Notes: generated by a model not told the origin, from the letters alone. Numbered from the whole stretch's first letter, positions 24,715 through 37,673 are shown. The stretch is 63,935 nt of DNA, filler included, from Octopus bimaculoides (GCF_001194135.2; 8 parts of 7 records of this genome joined end to end with filler, not necessarily neighbours in it), one strand, 5' to 3'. Numbers and translations: made by a program.

Positions 24715-25045
24715 TAAAGGGTAAAGACCCCCTTTGGTCATGAATGACCAAGGGATTTCAACCAGTCAAGGTTGCTTTATGGAAAGAATAGCATCTGCCC
24801 ATGCACACCAGCCTCCCCTCTCCATGCCAGCCTCCCCACTCCATGCCACTGATGGTGTCCAAGGGAGAGACAAAGGGGCCGATACAGCTTGGCACCAGTG
24901 ACTTCGCAACTCATTTCTGCAGCCGAGTGAACTGGAGCAACGTGAAATAAAGTGTCTTGCTCATGAACACAGCATGCAGACCGGTCCAGGAATCGAACTC
25001 ACTACCTCATGATTGTCAGCCTGGTACTCTAACCACTAAGCCAAA
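24715..25045 (-). mobile_element. CORE-type SINE, near full length
   Basis: Minus strand reads TGGCTTAGTGGTTAGAG..GAGTTCGATTCCTGGACCGG..GAGCAAGACACTTTATTTCACGTTGCTCCAGTTCACTCGGCTGCAGAAATGAGT (resembles the MIR CORE domain), with tail GGGGTCTTTACCCTTTA. Confidence 0.85.
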
Positions 25046-26449
25046 AATATTAACGATGAATAAACATTAGAGAGTAAAACATTGGCTGACAACATCATCA
25101 TGCAAAAGACCATGCTTAGATATCATTCTCCTTTTTTTTCTAAAGAGCATAGAGTGATACGAGGGTAGATTTAGCTGCTATCTCATGCATAGCATTGGCT
25201 GATGTGTCTAACTGTCTTCTCAGTCTAGGTCATCTGTCTGTGTGTCACCAAACCGACACATCACATACATGCGAGATGCTGATAAGNNNNNNNNNNNNNN
25301 NNNNNNNNNNNNNNNNNNNNNNNNNNNNNNNNNNNNNNNNNNNNNNNNNNNNNNNNNNNNNNNNNNNNNNNNNNNNNNNNNNNNNNNNNNNNNNNNNNNN
25401 NNNNNNNNNNNNNNNNNNNNNNNNNNNNNNNNNNNNNNNNNNNNNNNNNNNNNNNNNNNNNNNNNNNNNNNNNNNNNNNNNNNNNNNNNNNNNNNNNNNN
25501 NNNNNNNNNNNNNNNNNNNNNNNNNNNNNNNNNNNNNNNNNNNNNNNNNNNNNNNNNNNNNNNNNNNNNNNNNNNNNNNNNNNNNNNNNNNNNNNNNNNN
25601 NNNNNNNNNNNNNNNNNNNNNNNNNNNNNNNNNNNNNNNNNNNNNNNNNNNNNNNNNNNNNNNNNNNNNNNNNNNNNNNNNNNNNNNNNNNNNNNNNNNN
25701 NNNNNNNNNNNNNNNNNNNNNNNNNNNNNNNNNNNNNNNNNNNNNNNNNNNNNNNNNNNNNNNNNNNNNNNNNNNNNNNNNNNNNNNNNNNNNNNNNNNN
25801 NNNNNNNNNNNNNNNNNNNNNNNNNNNNNNNNNNNNNNNNNNNNNNNNNNNNNNNNNNNNNNNNNNNNNNNNNNNNNNNNNNNNNNNNNNNNNNNNNNNN
25901 NNNNNNNNNNNNNNNNNNNNNNNNNNNNNNNNNNNNNNNNNNNNNNNNNNNNNNNNNNNNNNNNNNNNNNNNNNNNNNNNNNNNNNNNNNNNNNNNNNNN
26001 NNNNNNNNNNNNNNNNNNNNNNNNNNNNNNNNNNNNNNNNNNNNNNNNNNNNNNNNNNNNNNNNNNNNNNNNNNNNNNNNNNNNNNNNNNNNNNNNNNNN
26101 NNNNNNNNNNNNNNNNNNNNNNNNNNNNNNNNNNNNNNNNNNNNNNNNNNNNNNNNNNNNNNNNNNNNNNNNNNNNNNNNNNNNNNNNNNNNNNNNNNNN
26201 NNNNNNNNNNNNNNNNNNNNNNNNNNNNNNNNNNNNNNNNNNNNNNNNNNNNNNNNNNNNNNNNNNNNNNNNNNGGGGGGGGGGATGACAGTGGATGACA
26301 GTTGTAGTGACGGTGGTAGTAGTAGCCGCGGTCGTGGTAGGGTGGTTGTGTGACGGTGACGATGGTTGTGAGAACGATGTACCAACACCAACCTGATTTA
26401 CTTTCAAACGCCTACAGCAAGACGTATCAAGGAGTTACTTTATCGTCTC

Positions 26450-26481
<32 letters not shown>

Positions 26482-26585
26482 ACATAGACATATTCATATA
26501 CAAACTTTATATCTATATCTTCTATTCATATATGCACATAAAGACATATGATCATGCATGTCAACATTGCTCTTCTCTCTCTCTC

Positions 26586-26664
<79 letters not shown>

Positions 26665-26723
26665 TATATATACATACATATATGTGTATATGTATATATA
26701 TATGTGCATAATTATATATATAC

Positions 26724-26793
<70 letters not shown>

Positions 26794-26904
26794 AAGTATG
26801 TGTGTGTATATATATATGTATGTATATGTATATATATGCACATATATATGCATACACATATATATATATACATACATATATATGCATACATATATATGTA
26901 TGTA

Positions 26905-26967
<63 letters not shown>

Positions 26968-27877
26968 CAAAAAAAAGCAACACGGATTTTAAAGGTTACT
27001 GCAGTATGCACGTTTCATGCTACTCCACTTATTTAAGCAATGCGAGCGTTGCATTAAATGCAAAATGCAGAGCAATCTTCAGCTGCACAAGGATATAGAA
27101 AAATTACAGCAGAAGGGACATATTACTATTGTGGCAACATTTAAAATCGAAGTGGGAAGAAGAATACATTAAAAAAAAACCCATCTTGTATTTTTTGATT
27201 TTCGATCACCTTGTGTTTGAAATTGTTTGGATAATACCATGCTATATTCTGGTGCCTAAGCTTAAGTGCTAAATTCAATTTTGAATCTATATATATATTT
27301 AGACTGAACCACAAAAAAAATGTTGCATACATACTAAAAAAAGAAACCGGTTTATTAACAGATTACCGTAGCATTGATTGAACCCGGAACCATGTAGCTG
27401 GGAAACAAACTTCTTACCACACAGCCACACTTGTTCCTATATCCATATATGTATAAATAGTATAAATAAAACTAAATACAAAAAATTTATACACACACAC
27501 ACACACAGAGACATGCATGCATTCGTATACACTCACATGTATGTACATAGTCAGACAGTCTTTGAAGTAAGGAGATAGAATTGAGCGCAAAGATGCTGGT
27601 AATGTCTACACCAACGGAGGTGATGTTCTTCCAGCGTACCAGTCAAGCATGGCTTAGAACTGCCATAAAATAATAAAACACTCGGACAGCAATCCTAAAG
27701 CAACATCTCCAGCCGAGAAACACAGCCAGGAATTATCTGAAGCCAGGGTATAATTGCTAAAATAAAAACATTGTTAGGGTCGCTAATTAATTTGGGGAAG
27801 GACATTGGAAAAAAATGGAAGCCAATACTGATCTCTCTTTGTCTCTGTTTTTCTTAGAAAATATCCGAAAATCTTGT

Positions 27878-28050
27878 TTAACCATTTCGATACCATTTTG
27901 ATACCAACTTGCCAAAGACTACCCTGGTTCTATGATACAATCTCCATCTTTTAAAATGATTATAAATTAAAACCTTTCAAAGAAGTTTCATGTTTATTTA
28001 ATTACCAAACACCAGCTTAATTAATAATGACAAGCTTATTTGACTAAATT
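27878..28050 (+). mobile_element. piggyBac-like MITE family P1, 5' part
   Basis: Starts TTAACCATTTCGATACC..GACTACCCTGGTTCTATGATACAA. Homologs at 28545-28888 and 33095-33447. Confidence 0.55.
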
Positions 28051-28057
28051 CTTCATT

Positions 28058-28405
28058 CATCATCATCATCATCATCATCATCGTTTAACGTCCGCTTTCC
28101 ATGCTAGCATGGGTTGGACGATTTGACTGAGGACTGGTGAAACCAGATGGCTACACCAGGCTCCAATCTGATTTGGCAGAGTTTCTACAGCTGGATGCCC
28201 TTCCTAACGCCAACCACTCAGAGAGTGTAGTGGGTGCTTTTACGTGTCACCCGCACGAAGGCCAGTCAGGCGGTACTGGCAACGGCCACGCTCAAAATGG
28301 TGCATTTTATGTGCCACCCGCACAAGAGCCAGTCCAGGGGCACTGGCAACGGTCTCGCTCAAAAATCCTACGAAGGCCAGCCAGGCGGCACTGGCAATGG
28401 TCATT
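28058..28405 (-). mobile_element. 5'-truncated RTE LINE (3' UTR with tandem units and (ATG)n tail)
   Basis: Reverse complement of ..GGCGTTAGGAAGGGCATCCAGCTGTAGAAACTCTGCC..CCATGCTAGCATGGAAAGCGGACGTTAAACGATGATG. The same family follows RTE ORF2 at 47950-48618. Confidence 0.85.
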
Positions 28406-28500
28406 ATCTTTCAAAAAATAATTGAGACATAAGCAGTATATTTCAACAGAAATATCCTAGTTTTGTTATGATTTAGCTTTCTGATCTTTCAATCATGTTA

Positions 28501-28888
28501 GTCTTAACTCTTTCGTCTTAACTCTTTTGTCTTAACTCTTTTGTCTTAACTCTTTTGATACAAACCTAACATGATACAAATTTCCTGTTTCAAAGTGGTT
28601 TAACCCTTTAGCATTCAGATTAATCTGCCTGTTTAATTACATTGTTTTAAATTAATTGTACTACAGCATCTTGAAACTCTGAGATTTTGATGATGTCCCT
28701 GTTTATTTTTAGAATGATTTTGTAAGGTAGGTGTGAGAAGTCAGAGCTGGCTGGTTTGAGCATAAAACTGGAAGACAATTTTGGCCTGATATGGCCGGTT
28801 TAAACACTAAAGGGTTAAATTAAAGCCTTCCATCAAAAGTTCATGGGAATTTATGCCTCAAACACAATGCTAAAAAATAATGACCAAG
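28501..28888 (+). mobile_element. P1 MITE fragment with 4x 14-bp terminal tandem repeat, hosting a nested MITE
   Basis: GTCTTAACTCTTT(C/T) x4, then GATACAAAC.. and, after the nested insert, ATTAAAGCCTTCCATCAAAAGTTCATG, which is homologous to 27970-28000. Confidence 0.55.
28604..28814. mobile_element. piggyBac-like MITE family P2, 211 bp
   Basis: TTAA duplication at 28600-03 and 28815-18. Inverted termini CCCTTTAGCATTCA and TAAACACTAAAGGG. Confidence 0.8.
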
Positions 28889-29032
28889 NNNNNNNNNNNN
28901 NNNNNNNNNNNNNNNNNNNNNNNNNNNNNNNNNNNNNNNNNNNNNNNNNNNNNNNNNNNNNNNNNNNNNNNNNNNNNNNNNNNNNNNNNNNNNNNNNNNN
29001 NNNNNNNNNNNNNNNNNNNNNNNNNNNNNNNN

Positions 29033-29212
29033 TGAGGACTGGTGAACCAGATGGCTATACCAGGCTCCAATCTGATCTGGCATAGTTTCTACAGCTGGAT
29101 GCCCTTCCTAATGCCAACCACTCCGAGAGTGTAGTGGGTGCTTTTACGTGCCACCGGCACGAAGGCCAGTCAGGAGGTACTGGCAATGACCACGCTCAAA
29201 ATGGTGTATTTT
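29033..29212 (-). mobile_element. RTE 3' UTR fragment
   Basis: Same family as 28058-28405; the tail end is lost in an N gap. Confidence 0.85.
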
Positions 29213-30436
29213 GTTACCAACGCATCCTAACTACATTGTGTAGTAAGCAACAAAGGATCAAGCGAATAATCTTAAAACTAATAAAAATAATCATCACCCA
29301 AAATTAAAACGATTTCACAATCAACTGCACTCGGTGACTTTCATAGCTTTTATTTCAAGTGTGCTTTATCTGTGCGTGCATGTGCATGTGCATGTGTGTG
29401 TGTGTGTGTGTGTGTATTTTTGGCATGTATTTTAATATTCAGTAAAGTTCTGTAGCTAATATTCTAAAATTTTGTGAAAATCTACACAAGATGGTTATGT
29501 TATTGGCTCATATTTTAACTAATGAGTATTGTGTTTCATGTTCTGTATAACATGCCATAATGGTTCCTTGTGGAACATAAATGGTTGACTGTATGAATGC
29601 AATATATATGATATATATATATATATAAATAAATATATAAATATATATATACATGTCATATATATGCATATATATATATATATATATATATCGTATAATG
29701 TATATATGCATATGTGTGTGTAAACACATTCATACAAACCAATGCTAAGACAAGCACATGTACATACATATACACACATGTATACATATATATACATGCA
29801 TACATATGTGCGTAATTATGTATATATCTACGTATATCTATACATACACATACATGTACATATATATAGATACATACAGAAACAGGTACACATACACACA
29901 CAATATCAAGTGATGCAAATCAGATCACTTAACATAAGCAATGTTGTTTTGCTTAGCACAGAATTGCCAGGGAAACAGTTGAGGCCATTTTGTGTTTACA
30001 CCCAGGGTGTACGAGGGTGGGAGTGGGGGTAACTAATTACAGAGAGATAATGATGTAATGAAGAGCAGGCGGAAGGGGTAGAATAAGGCTGGGAGTAGGA
30101 TGACCCAACAGTAGGAAGGAGGCTGTTAAAGAGCTGGAGGAAACGAGAGGGAAAAAATTGTATCTTGTGATACCAAACGCTATCTTAATTATCTAATAAA
30201 GGACCACCATGGTGTGTTTTGCACGCATTGATATTTCAGTAAATGAATCCTATGAACTGTACTGGAATATATTGTGTGACTGAGTGGTCGGGCTGTTTGG
30301 CTCATAATCGTTAGGTAGTGGTTTCAATTCCTGGACTGGGCAATAAGTTCTGTCTTCAAAGAAGCCATTACACTTCACAGAAAGAAATTCTATCCACCAA
30401 TGCGGTGTTGAGCACTCATTTTCATCGTTTGACATT

Positions 30437-30469
<33 letters not shown>

Positions 30470-30471
<2 letters not shown>

Positions 30472-30876
30472 TTCTATTGTTTTAGTTGTTTCAGTGATTC
30501 GACCATGGCCATGCTGGAGCACTCCGTTCAGTTGACCTAAATCGACCCCAGGACATATTCTTTGTAAGCCTAGTCCATATTCTATTGGTCTCTATTGCCG
30601 AACTGCTAAGTTACAGGGATGTAAACACACCAGCACTGGTTGTGAAGCGATCTTCAAGGAGGGGACAAACGCAAACAACACAAACATACACACAAGCACA
30701 CAAACACACATATACGAGAGGCTTCTTTCAGTTTCCGTCTACCAAATCCACTCACAAGGTTTTGGTCAGCCCAAGGCTATAAGTAGAAGACACTTGCCCA
30801 AGGTGCCACGCAGTGGGACTGAACCCGGAACCATGTGGTTGGTAAGCAAGCTTCTTACCACACAGCCACTCCTGCT
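30470..30876 (-). mobile_element. SINE family A, full length
   Basis: Reverse complement of 18101-18502. Followed by a second tail fragment at 30877-30920. Confidence 0.9.
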
Positions 30877-30944
30877 TTGACTGTGGCCATGCTGGAGCAC
30901 CACCTTTAGTCGAGCAAATCAACTATATATATATATATCCTATG

Positions 30945-31140
30945 TGTGTGTGTTTATCTCTGTGATTGTCCCTCACCACTACTTCACAAATAATGGTTGG
31001 CGTGTTTATATTCCAGTAACTTAGTGGTTAAGCAAAAGAGAATAAGGACTTGGGGTTGACACGTTTGATTGAAATTTTCAAGGCTGTGCCCCAGCTTGGC
31101 CACAACAAAATGACTGAATCAAGCAAAAGATAAAAGAAGG
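30945..31140 (+). mobile_element. SINE family A, diverged 3' half
   Basis: GTCCCTCACCACTACTTCACAAA..GTGCCCCAGCTTGGCCACAACAAAATGACTGAATCAAGCAAAAGATAAAAG. Confidence 0.7.
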
Positions 31141-31146
31141 ATATAT

Positions 31147-31186
<40 letters not shown>

Positions 31187-31199
31187 TTGTTTCTCCTTC

Positions 31200-31410
31200 C
31201 ATGTTTTGCTTTCGCATTTCAGTTGCTAAAACAGCTCCACCATCATACAAGTGGCGTCATTCATTTCCAGTCTTCTGTGAAAGAATGTCTGCTGAGGGAG
31301 GAAATATTACCTTGCATGGAAACAGGTGAGCGTTGATGACAGGAAGAGCATCCGGCCTCAGACAACCTGCCTGACCTATGCAAGCATTGAAAAACAAACA
31401 TCAAAAAAGC
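31200..31410 (+). mobile_element. Old dispersed repeat (family E) with a GACAGGAAGAGCATCC motif
   Basis: GGAAACAGGTGAGCGTTGATGACAGGAAGAGCATCCGGCC is homologous to 59900-60115. The motif is related to the GGAAGGGCATCC box of the RTE 3' UTR. Confidence 0.55.
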
Positions 31411-32079
31411 GATGTCTGTGACGATAATAATGACGATATTTCAGAATTCCGGTATGGTTTTCGTCTGCTTTTTTTTTTTCCTCTTTTTTTTTCCTCTTTT
31501 TTTTTTCCCCAACATTTCTCGTTACTTCATCACTGCTTCTCTCTATTTTTTTTAATCACCATAATTAATTTCCAGTTTGCATTTTATCATTTCCTTGTAT
31601 CATAGAGAAACGAGACCCAACGTTCAGCATTTGTTTTCTTCGTGTTTCCTTATTATACTAATCAATTTCCCCTCATAAGTATTTTTCTAGTCACAAATTT
31701 GTTACTTTGAAGTAGTTTTCTCTTCGTATTAATTTCAAGTACTCCTAATTTATATCATAACGAGCAGTTCTGGTCTAATTCTCTTCTTTCACCATCTGCG
31801 TCTAATTTAAAGGGTCTCAAATTTTATTTAACTTGCTTCCTCTTACACTAAATTTCTACCCCTTTGGTATATTAGCCCCAAACTCTTATTCATATTTATG
31901 CCATGGTCCAATTTGGGAACAATTTTACAATTTCAAAAATGTTATTCTTATTTATTTATTTATTTTCTTGTTAACTGGGAAATATTCTCTGCGAATATTT
32001 ATTCTACCACACCCACATGAACTGTATGGGGGCCTTTGGGGTAGATCTCTTTTACTGTAGCACAGCCACAGATACATTC

Positions 32080-32390
32080 TTTCTTGCTTTTACTTGTTTC
32101 AGTCATTTGACTGCCGCCATGCTGGAGCACTGTCTTTAGTCAAAGAAATCGACCCCAGGATTTATTCTTTGCCAGCTTTCTTCTTATTCTCTCACCGTCT
32201 TTTTGCTGAACCGCTAAATTACAGGGACGTAAACACATCAACATCAGTTGCCAGACAAAGACACATACACATAAATATATATATGATGGGCTTCTTTCAG
32301 TTTCCGTCTACCAAATCCACTCACAAGGTGTTTGTCAGCCCCAGGCTATATAGTAGAAGACAATTGCCCAAGGCGGCACAGATATGGCTG
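32080..32390 (-). mobile_element. SINE family A, missing most of the head
   Basis: TTGTTTCAGTCATTTGACTGCCGCCATGCTGGAGCAC..TAGTAGAAGACAATTGCCCAAGG on the plus strand. Confidence 0.85.
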
Positions 32391-32710
32391 AGGGGTAAGA
32401 GTTTTCTCCCCAGCCAATAAGAGAGAAAAAGAGAGAAAAACATATGCACATATATATACATATACATGCATATTATATATGTGTGTATATATATATACAT
32501 GCATACATTTCATAGATTTATTGATATGTGCAATATATATACACACACAAACACATGCATATGCACAGACACAAATACACACATACATACATTATATATA
32601 CCTACATTTATGTTTATCTTTACACGTTTCTACACAACCATTGGTAGGTATACATGGACATATCTGACATTGCCTCATTTCATTACAGTTGAGACTTTAT
32701 TACCACTAAA

Positions 32711-32753
<43 letters not shown>

Positions 32754-33094
32754 CATGCACGCACACATGCCTACATGTACAATCAAGATGGCCGCCTAGT
32801 TTATCACATGACAGCAGTGTCAGCTGATTGATTGCAAATGGCTGACGATGAAAAGATAGAAAACACGCTGGGGACCTCTTCTTCTTTTCAAGTGGCGGGA
32901 ATTCCACAGGCCATGAGAAAATATTTGATGATATCCAAATTTCAGTTCTGAGGCCAGTGAATTCATTGAAAGTGTCATGTGAAAAAAAAGCCCATTGAAT
33001 TCTTGAGATCTGAGGCAGATATTTAGATCTTCCGTTCTTCTATTTCTGCTGAGATACCATAGCATTTCTTTCAAATGATTTTTAAAAGAATAAA

Positions 33095-33447
33095 GAATTT
33101 AGTAAAATAACATTGACACCATTAAGATGTTTGAAACAAATTAACATGAAATTTTGAATGAAAGTTTCAATTCAGATCATTTTAATACAGGGAATTTGTA
33201 TCAAAGAACCAGAGGTAGTCTCAGGTGTGTTGGTGTCTAAATGGTTAAGATGAACATGATGGAAAGGTCTCAAAGCTAAATCATATGACAAGGATATTTC
33301 TTGAAATGTAAAATAATTCAATTTTAATTTAATTTAAATTAATACGAAATTTTGATGGAACTTTTTAATTTAGACCATTCTATAACAGAAAATTTATATT
33401 GTAGAACCAGGGGTGGTCTCAGGCTAGTTGGTATCAAATGGGCTAAG
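33095..33447 (-). mobile_element. Two tandem P1 MITE 5' fragments
   Basis: Minus-strand starts TTAACCATTTAGACACCAACACACCTGAGACTACC (33258) and TTAGCCCATTTGATACCAACTAGCCTGAGACCACCCCTGGTTCTAC (33447). Confidence 0.55.
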
Positions 33448-33544
33448 ACAAACATTGATGGAAAGATGTTTTCTTTGAAGAGTGCATAGAAGGGAAGACG
33501 GAGAAAGAAAATCACCAATGATACACACGCGGCCACATATTGGC

Positions 33545-33770
33545 ATGCATGTGTTTGCGTGTGTGTGTTTGGGTTTGTATTTGCCCTCTCCCCAACCACT
33601 TGATAACTGGTGTTGGTTTGCTTACATCCACATAACCTACCGGTTTGGCAAAAAAAAAAGTGGCAGGAAGAATAAATACAAGGTTTAAGTAAAAAGGAGG
33701 ACTAAGTTCAATTTGTTCGATGGAACCTTTCAAGGCAGTGCCCCAGCATGGCAGCAGCTGACATTACAGG
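33545..33770 (+). mobile_element. SINE family A, diverged 3' half
   Basis: CCCCAACCACTTGATAACTGGTGTTGG..AAGGCAGTGCCCCAGCATGGCAGCAG. Confidence 0.7.
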
Positions 33771-33978
33771 GAGAAGAAAACGATAAGAGATGGGAGAGAA
33801 ATGTCTGATGCTGTTTGAATGAGGGCTTTTGTTTACGAAGAATCACGGAACACGTCAAGAGGCGAGGACACGCTTTGGTATTGGGGTGTATACTAGTGGC
33901 AGCAACTGTACGAACAGCAAAGCTTTTGTATACAACCAGCAAACACACACACACACAGGTAGATATATATATATATAT

Positions 33979-34040
<62 letters not shown>

Positions 34041-34446
34041 GGATAGTTAGATGGGTAAATGGATAGATAGATACATACATACATACATACATACATACAT
34101 ACATGCATATACATAAATANNNNNNNNNNACATACATACATGCATATACATAAATATATATATATATGTATGTGTGTGTGTGTGTGCATGTATGTATGTA
34201 TGTCTCTGTATATCTGTGCATGTATGTATGTATATCTCTGTATATGTATATTGATGTGCATACACATGTGGATGATAAAATATATGTGTGTGAATATAAT
34301 ATATATATATATTATATTCATATATATATATATATAATATTCACACATATATTTTATCATGTGAGTGTAGTATATATATATGTGTGTGTATACTACACAC
34401 ATAAACACATACACTAATATATAGAACATGTATAAATATACCCATG

Positions 34447-34496
<50 letters not shown>

Positions 34497-34571
34497 TTTA
34501 CACACACATATCTTATTATCCATGTAAGTACGCATATATAAATACATACACACAAACAAATGGACACGCAC

Positions 34572-34603
<32 letters not shown>

Positions 34604-34895
34604 GCACACAGCTATCTAAACACCTGCTCTAAAAATAAGGAGAGGTTTGACAATTACTGCTTTTGTTCAATCCTGTGTAGAGACATTCACCCTGACACTA
34701 TGCCATGGGAACAAGGAACACATTAGATAGAGGGAAAGAGATAGATGATATGACACATGTATTTCGTTTGGTATGTCATGGTTGGCTGGCTTTGGCAGGA
34801 CCCAGACTGATAGTGCCTAGAGATAGTGATTGTTTGGAAGTGTACATGTGTGTGTGAATGTATATGGTTAATTAAGATGAATATACATACACACA

Positions 34896-34951
<56 letters not shown>

Positions 34952-36024
34952 AATATATAAATATATACATATATATATACATATATATGTATATATGAGT
35001 ATATATATGTGTGTGTAACTATATATACGTATCTATGTATGTATAAATATATATATATATGTTTATATATATGCATGTATGTATGTATGCATATATATGC
35101 ATGCATGTATACANNNNNNNNNNNNNNNNNNNNNNNNNNNNNNNNNNNNNNNNNNNNNNNNNNNNNNNNNNNNNNNNNNNNNNNNNNNNNNNNNNNNNNN
35201 NNNNNNNNNNNNNNNNNNNNNNNNNNNNNNNNNNNNNNNNNNNNNNNNNNNNNNNNNNNNNNNNNNNNNNNNNNNNNNNNNNNNNNNNNNNNNNNNNNNN
35301 NNNNNNNNNNNNNNNNNNNNNNNNNNNNNNNNNNNNNNNNNNNNNNNNNNNNNNNNNNNNNNNNNNNNNNNNNNNNNNNNNNNNNNNNNNNNNNNNNNNN
35401 NNNNNNNNNNNNNNNNNNNNNNNNNNNNNNNNNNNNNNNNNNNNNNNNNNNNNNNNNNNNNNNNNNNNNNNNNNNNNNNNNNNNNNNNNNNNNNNNNNNN
35501 NNNNNNNNNNNNNNNNNNNNNNNNNNNNNNNNNNNNNNNNNNNNNNNNNNNNNNNNNNNNNNNNNNNNNNNNNNNNNNNNNNNNNNNNNNNNNNNNNNNN
35601 NNNNNNNNNNNNNNNNNNNNNNNNNNNNNNNNNNNNNNNNNNNNNNNNNNNNNNNNNNNNNNNNNNNNNNNNNNNNNNNNNNNNNNNNNNNNNNNNNNNN
35701 NNNNNNNNNNNNNNNNNNNNNNNNNNNNNNNNNNNNNNNNNNNNNNNNNNNNNNNNNNNNNNNNNNNNNNNNNNNNNNNNNNNNNNNNNNNNNNNNNNNN
35801 NNNNNNNNNNNNNNNNNNNNNNNNNNNNNNNNNNNNNNNNNNNNNNNNNNNNNNNNNNNNNNNNNNNNNNNNNNNNNNNNNNNNNNNNNNNNNNNNNNNN
35901 NNNNNNNNNNNNNNNNNNNNNNNNNNNNNNNNNNNNNNNNNNNNNNNNNNNNNNNNNNNNNNNNNNNNNNNNNNNNNNNNNNNNNNNNTGTGTGTGTGTG
36001 TGTGTGTGTGTGTCTGGTGGTGTT

Positions 36025-36582
36025 TGTCTACTCCTGATGCAGTTCAGCGATGCTACATGAGGAAGATTGCATCAATGGAACAGCTGAGCCTCTGGGAGAG
36101 ATACTGAAAGAGCTATGACTCTACTCTCTGGAGTGAAGACAGGAGAGGTATGCATTGATATACATATAGAAGATCCTGGAGGGGTCGGCACCAAACTTTG
36201 GCACCAAGAACTATAATATCACCAGAACTGGACCCTACTGCACTGTTCCAAAGGTTCCAGCTATCCTATCTGGAGCGAGGACCATGCATGGCAATAGCTT
36301 GGGATTCAAGGCCCCACAGTTATTCAATGCCTTGCCAAAATATCTGAGGGATTTTCGTGGAGTAGGGGTAGATGTTTTTAAGAAACATCTTGACCTCCTG
36401 CTGTCCAAGATTGCAAATGAAACCTATTTCATGACAAGAAACTCAAAAGAGGGAAACTGTGAAAGTCCTTCCTTCACCAAAAGCCAATCACACAAGAATG
36501 GCCATTGAAAAGGTGATCATATTGGTGGTGCCCCAGCATGGCCACAACCTTGGGCTGAAACTTATAAAAGAAATAAAGAATA
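36025..36582 (+). mobile_element. 5'-truncated CR1-like LINE (ORF2 C-terminus plus 3' UTR)
   Basis: Translation with stops and frameshift: DAVQRCYMRKIASMEQLSLWER(L)KELxLYSLExRQERYALIYIxKILEG..NSLGFKAPQLFNALPKYLRD..VDVFKKHLDLLLSKI. This is typical of CR1/L2 ORF2 ends (ExVQR..RL..L.L.SL..RR.R.DL..; LWNxLP..F.KxLD). Tail GGTGCCCCAGCATGGCCACAACCTTGGGCTGAAACTTATAAAAGAAATAAAGAATA. Confidence 0.82.
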
Positions 36583-36639
36583 TATATATATATCTGATGA
36601 TAAGTTTTCTAACATCTTTATACTGAATAAGCAGAAAAT

Positions 36640-37075
36640 ATTTAGTAAATGCCATGGGTTGGACGGTTTGACAGAGGACTGGTGAGCCAGAAGGCTGTAC
36701 CAGGCTCCAATCTGATCTGGCAAAGTTTCTACAGCTGGATGCCCTTCATAATGCCAACCACTCCAAGTGTAGTGGATACATTTACATGCCACCGGCACAA
36801 GGGCCAGTCAGGTGGTTCTGGCAACAACCATGCTCAAAAGGTGTTTTTTACATGCTACCTGCACGGGAGCCAGTCTGGCGGCACTGGTAACGACCACGCT
36901 CGAACATTGTTTTTGCATGTGCCACTGACATATGTGCCCGTTAGGCGATGCTAGCAATGATCACGCTCGAATGGTGCTTTTTACATGCCACCAGTACGGG
37001 ATCCAATCAGCGGCCCTGGCAATAATCACGCTTGGACGGTGCTTTCAACGTTCCACTGGCACGAGTGCCAATCAG
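36640..37075 (-). mobile_element. Older RTE 3' UTR with about 4 degenerate tandem units
   Basis: CCATGGGTTGGACGGTTTGAC..GGATGCCCTTC.. followed by repeated TTTTTACATG(C)CAC..GGCACTGGCAA(C/T)GACCACGCTC. Confidence 0.8.
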
Positions 37076-37079
37076 GTGG

Positions 37080-37529
37080 TACAGTCATCAGCCACATCAG
37101 ACCAATGGGTAGCTAGCAAGCTAGCTAAATAGCTAAATAGCTAAATAGACAGGCAGATGACTAACGGGTTAGCGAGATAGCTGATGGGCTGACTAGCTAG
37201 CTAAGTAGACAGATGTTTGGCCAGCTGGTTAACTCACCATCTGGCTAGCTAGATAAATAGATGCCAGCTGGTTAGGGAGATGGTCAGCTGTCTAGCTAGC
37301 TACACAACAAGCTAGATAGATAGATAGCTATAAGGCTATGTCGGAGCTAGCTAGATAGATGGATAGCTATAAGGCTATGTAGGTAGTGTGCAGGCTAGCC
37401 AGATAGGTAGTTGACTTAATAGTTGGGTTCATAAATGAATAGACAAAATAGATAGATAACTAGGTAGATAGGTAGATAGGGAGCGAGAGACAGATAGATA
37501 GATAGGTAGATAGATAGATAGATAGTTGG

Positions 37530-37618
<89 letters not shown>

Positions 37619-37631
37619 TAGAGAGAGATAA

Positions 37632-37673
<42 letters not shown>

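Noticed and set aside
25195-26407. Long ORFs of 350-395 aa (also 35009-36107, 21019-21755, 58769-59724)
   Set aside because: Almost entirely N-gap translated as X.
28137-28421. Recurrent 'MKPDGYTRLQSDLAEFLQLDALPNANHSES..' ORFs (also 48159, 49540, 63399) as a small gene family
   Set aside because: Antisense reading of the RTE 3' UTR. Copies differ by frameshifts and end at variable truncation points.
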